A DNA stretch of 15,033 nucleotides, taken from assembly GCA_039815185.1 (NCBI GenBank), contig JBCBZT010000097.1:1-15033 (forward strand), written 5' to 3'. Numbering within the stretch: the first letter of the stretch is position 1; the number at the start of each line of letters is the position of its first letter. The notes beneath the pieces were generated by a model. The model saw nothing but the letters and a program-made list of their open reading frames with translations, did not search any database and was not told the DNA's origin. The position numbers and the translations under genes are program-made. Origin of the DNA: Cyanobacteria bacterium P01_A01_bin.123. Lineage in GTDB: Bacteria; Cyanobacteriota; Cyanobacteriia; Phormidesmidales; Phormidesmidaceae. Positions 14,218 through 15,033 of this stretch are shown piece after piece.

Positions 14218-15033
14218 GTTGTTATGCCGCCAGGTTTGTCGATTAAGGTAATCCCTTGCGCTTTAAGTTGATCGCGGATGCGATCGCTTTCGTCAAAATC
14301 TTTCGCTTTGCGAGCGCCTTGGCGTTGGGCGATCAATTCCTCGATAGCAGCATCAGATAACCCATCATCACCATCGGTAGAAGCAGCTTCTACGGGCGTG
14401 GCTTCTAACCCTAATATCTGCCCTAAACATACCAAGGTCTGCCACTGTTGGCGCAAACTATCACTATCGGTGTCGGCGTTGCCTTCATGGCTGATCAAAT
14501 TACCCGCCCGCCCCAGCTCCTTTGCCAAAGCAAACAACACCGTCGTCGCACTGGCGGTATTTAAATCGTCATCCATCACTAGGCGAAAACGCTCTACCGA
14601 TTCACTCTCTGCATCCATGCGCATGGCCGCCGGGTCACCAAAGGATTCGTCTTGAACATCGCTCCAGCCCAGGTCTTTGCCAAACTGATAGCCAAACAAG
14701 AGCCCCTCTCTGAGCGTTTGCCAGCTATTTTTAGCCGATGCGATCGCGTCGGAAGTAAAGTCCAGGGGTTTACGATACTGGGCCTGCAATATGAACAGCC
14801 GTAGCGCCATCGGGTGCGGGCCATCGTCAGCGTCTAAAAGCTGTCGAATGGTGGTGAAGTTGCCTAAGGACTTCGACATCTTTTCACCACCCACATTCAC
14901 CATGCCGTTATGTAGCCAATAGTTCGCCAACGGTTTACCTGTGGCGGCTTCAGACTGAGCAATTTCATTTTCGTGGTGGGGAAAGACCAGATCAGCACCG
15001 CCTGCGTGGATGTCAATGGTGTCTCCCAAGCGA
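14205..15033 (-). CDS. cysS: Cysteine--tRNA ligase; 5' end lies outside the window
   Basis: IDIHAGGADLVFPHHENEIAQSEA, YWLHNGMV, KMSKSLGNF (class I KMSKS), MDDDLNT, KDFDESDRIRDQL...GITLIDK. The frame is open at the window end. Confidence 0.96.
   Translation of the reverse strand, partial: RLGDTIDIHAGGADLVFPHHENEIAQSEAATGKPLANYWLHNGMVNVGGEKMSKSLGNFTTIRQLLDADDGPHPMALRLFILQAQYRKPLDFTSDAIASAKNSWQTLREGLLFGYQFGKDLGWSDVQDESFGDPAAMRMDAESESVERFRLVMDDDLNTASATTVLFALAKELGRAGNLISHEGNADTDSDSLRQQWQTLVCLGQILGLEATPVEAASTDGDDGLSDAAIEELIAQRQGARKAKDFDESDRIRDQLKAQGITLIDKPGGITTWIR

Larger units (their letters stand above)
236..14747. repeat. Dispersed HIP1 octamers (GCGATCGC), 21 copies counted by eye
   Basis: Starts at 236, 1486, 2480, 2585, 3111, 3596, 3663, 4432, 5446, 7666, 8813, 9132, 9291, 9574, 10161, 10593, 12950, 12958, 13229, 14280, 14740. 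Fewer than one copy is expected by chance in 15 kb. Confidence 0.9.

Noticed and set aside
14278..14824. ORFs 14278-14655, 14522-14713 and 14594-14824
   Set aside because: Antisense or alternative-frame shadows of cysS.

Overview
Core-chromosome segment of a cyanobacterium: 21 HIP1 octamers GCGATCGC counted by eye, psbY, gifB, an NtcA box and a cyanobacterial-type Pho box. Gene order: phoX (3'-truncated, Tat signal, Pho box) <- MoxR ATPase <- ribF <- MBL-fold hydrolase <- surE | pheS -> | <- psbY <- gamma-carbonic-anhydrase-like | TIGR02652 -> VOC -> AAA ATPase -> EamA/DMT -> REP/MITE-like repeat -> NtcA-overlapped promoter + glutamine (glnA) riboswitch -> gifB (IF17) -> terminator | <- 2H phosphoesterase | yciI-like -> smpB -> <- cysS (5'-truncated). 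phoX and psbY are missing from the supplied ORF track. I found no CRISPR array, transposase, integrase, tRNA or rRNA. The most unusual signals are: (1) a 46-bp tandem duplication spanning the stop codons of convergent smpB and cysS; (2) a glutamine riboswitch with a much enlarged P2 arm and a visible anti-SD platform; (3) hairpins upstream of gifB that pair best on the minus strand, suggesting an unannotated divergent RNA; (4) a ~60-aa low-complexity insert in RibF containing a non-triplet tandem duplication; (5) an uncharacterised four-gene operon whose AAA ATPase has a degenerate Walker B. All family calls come from motif recognition; no database searches were run.
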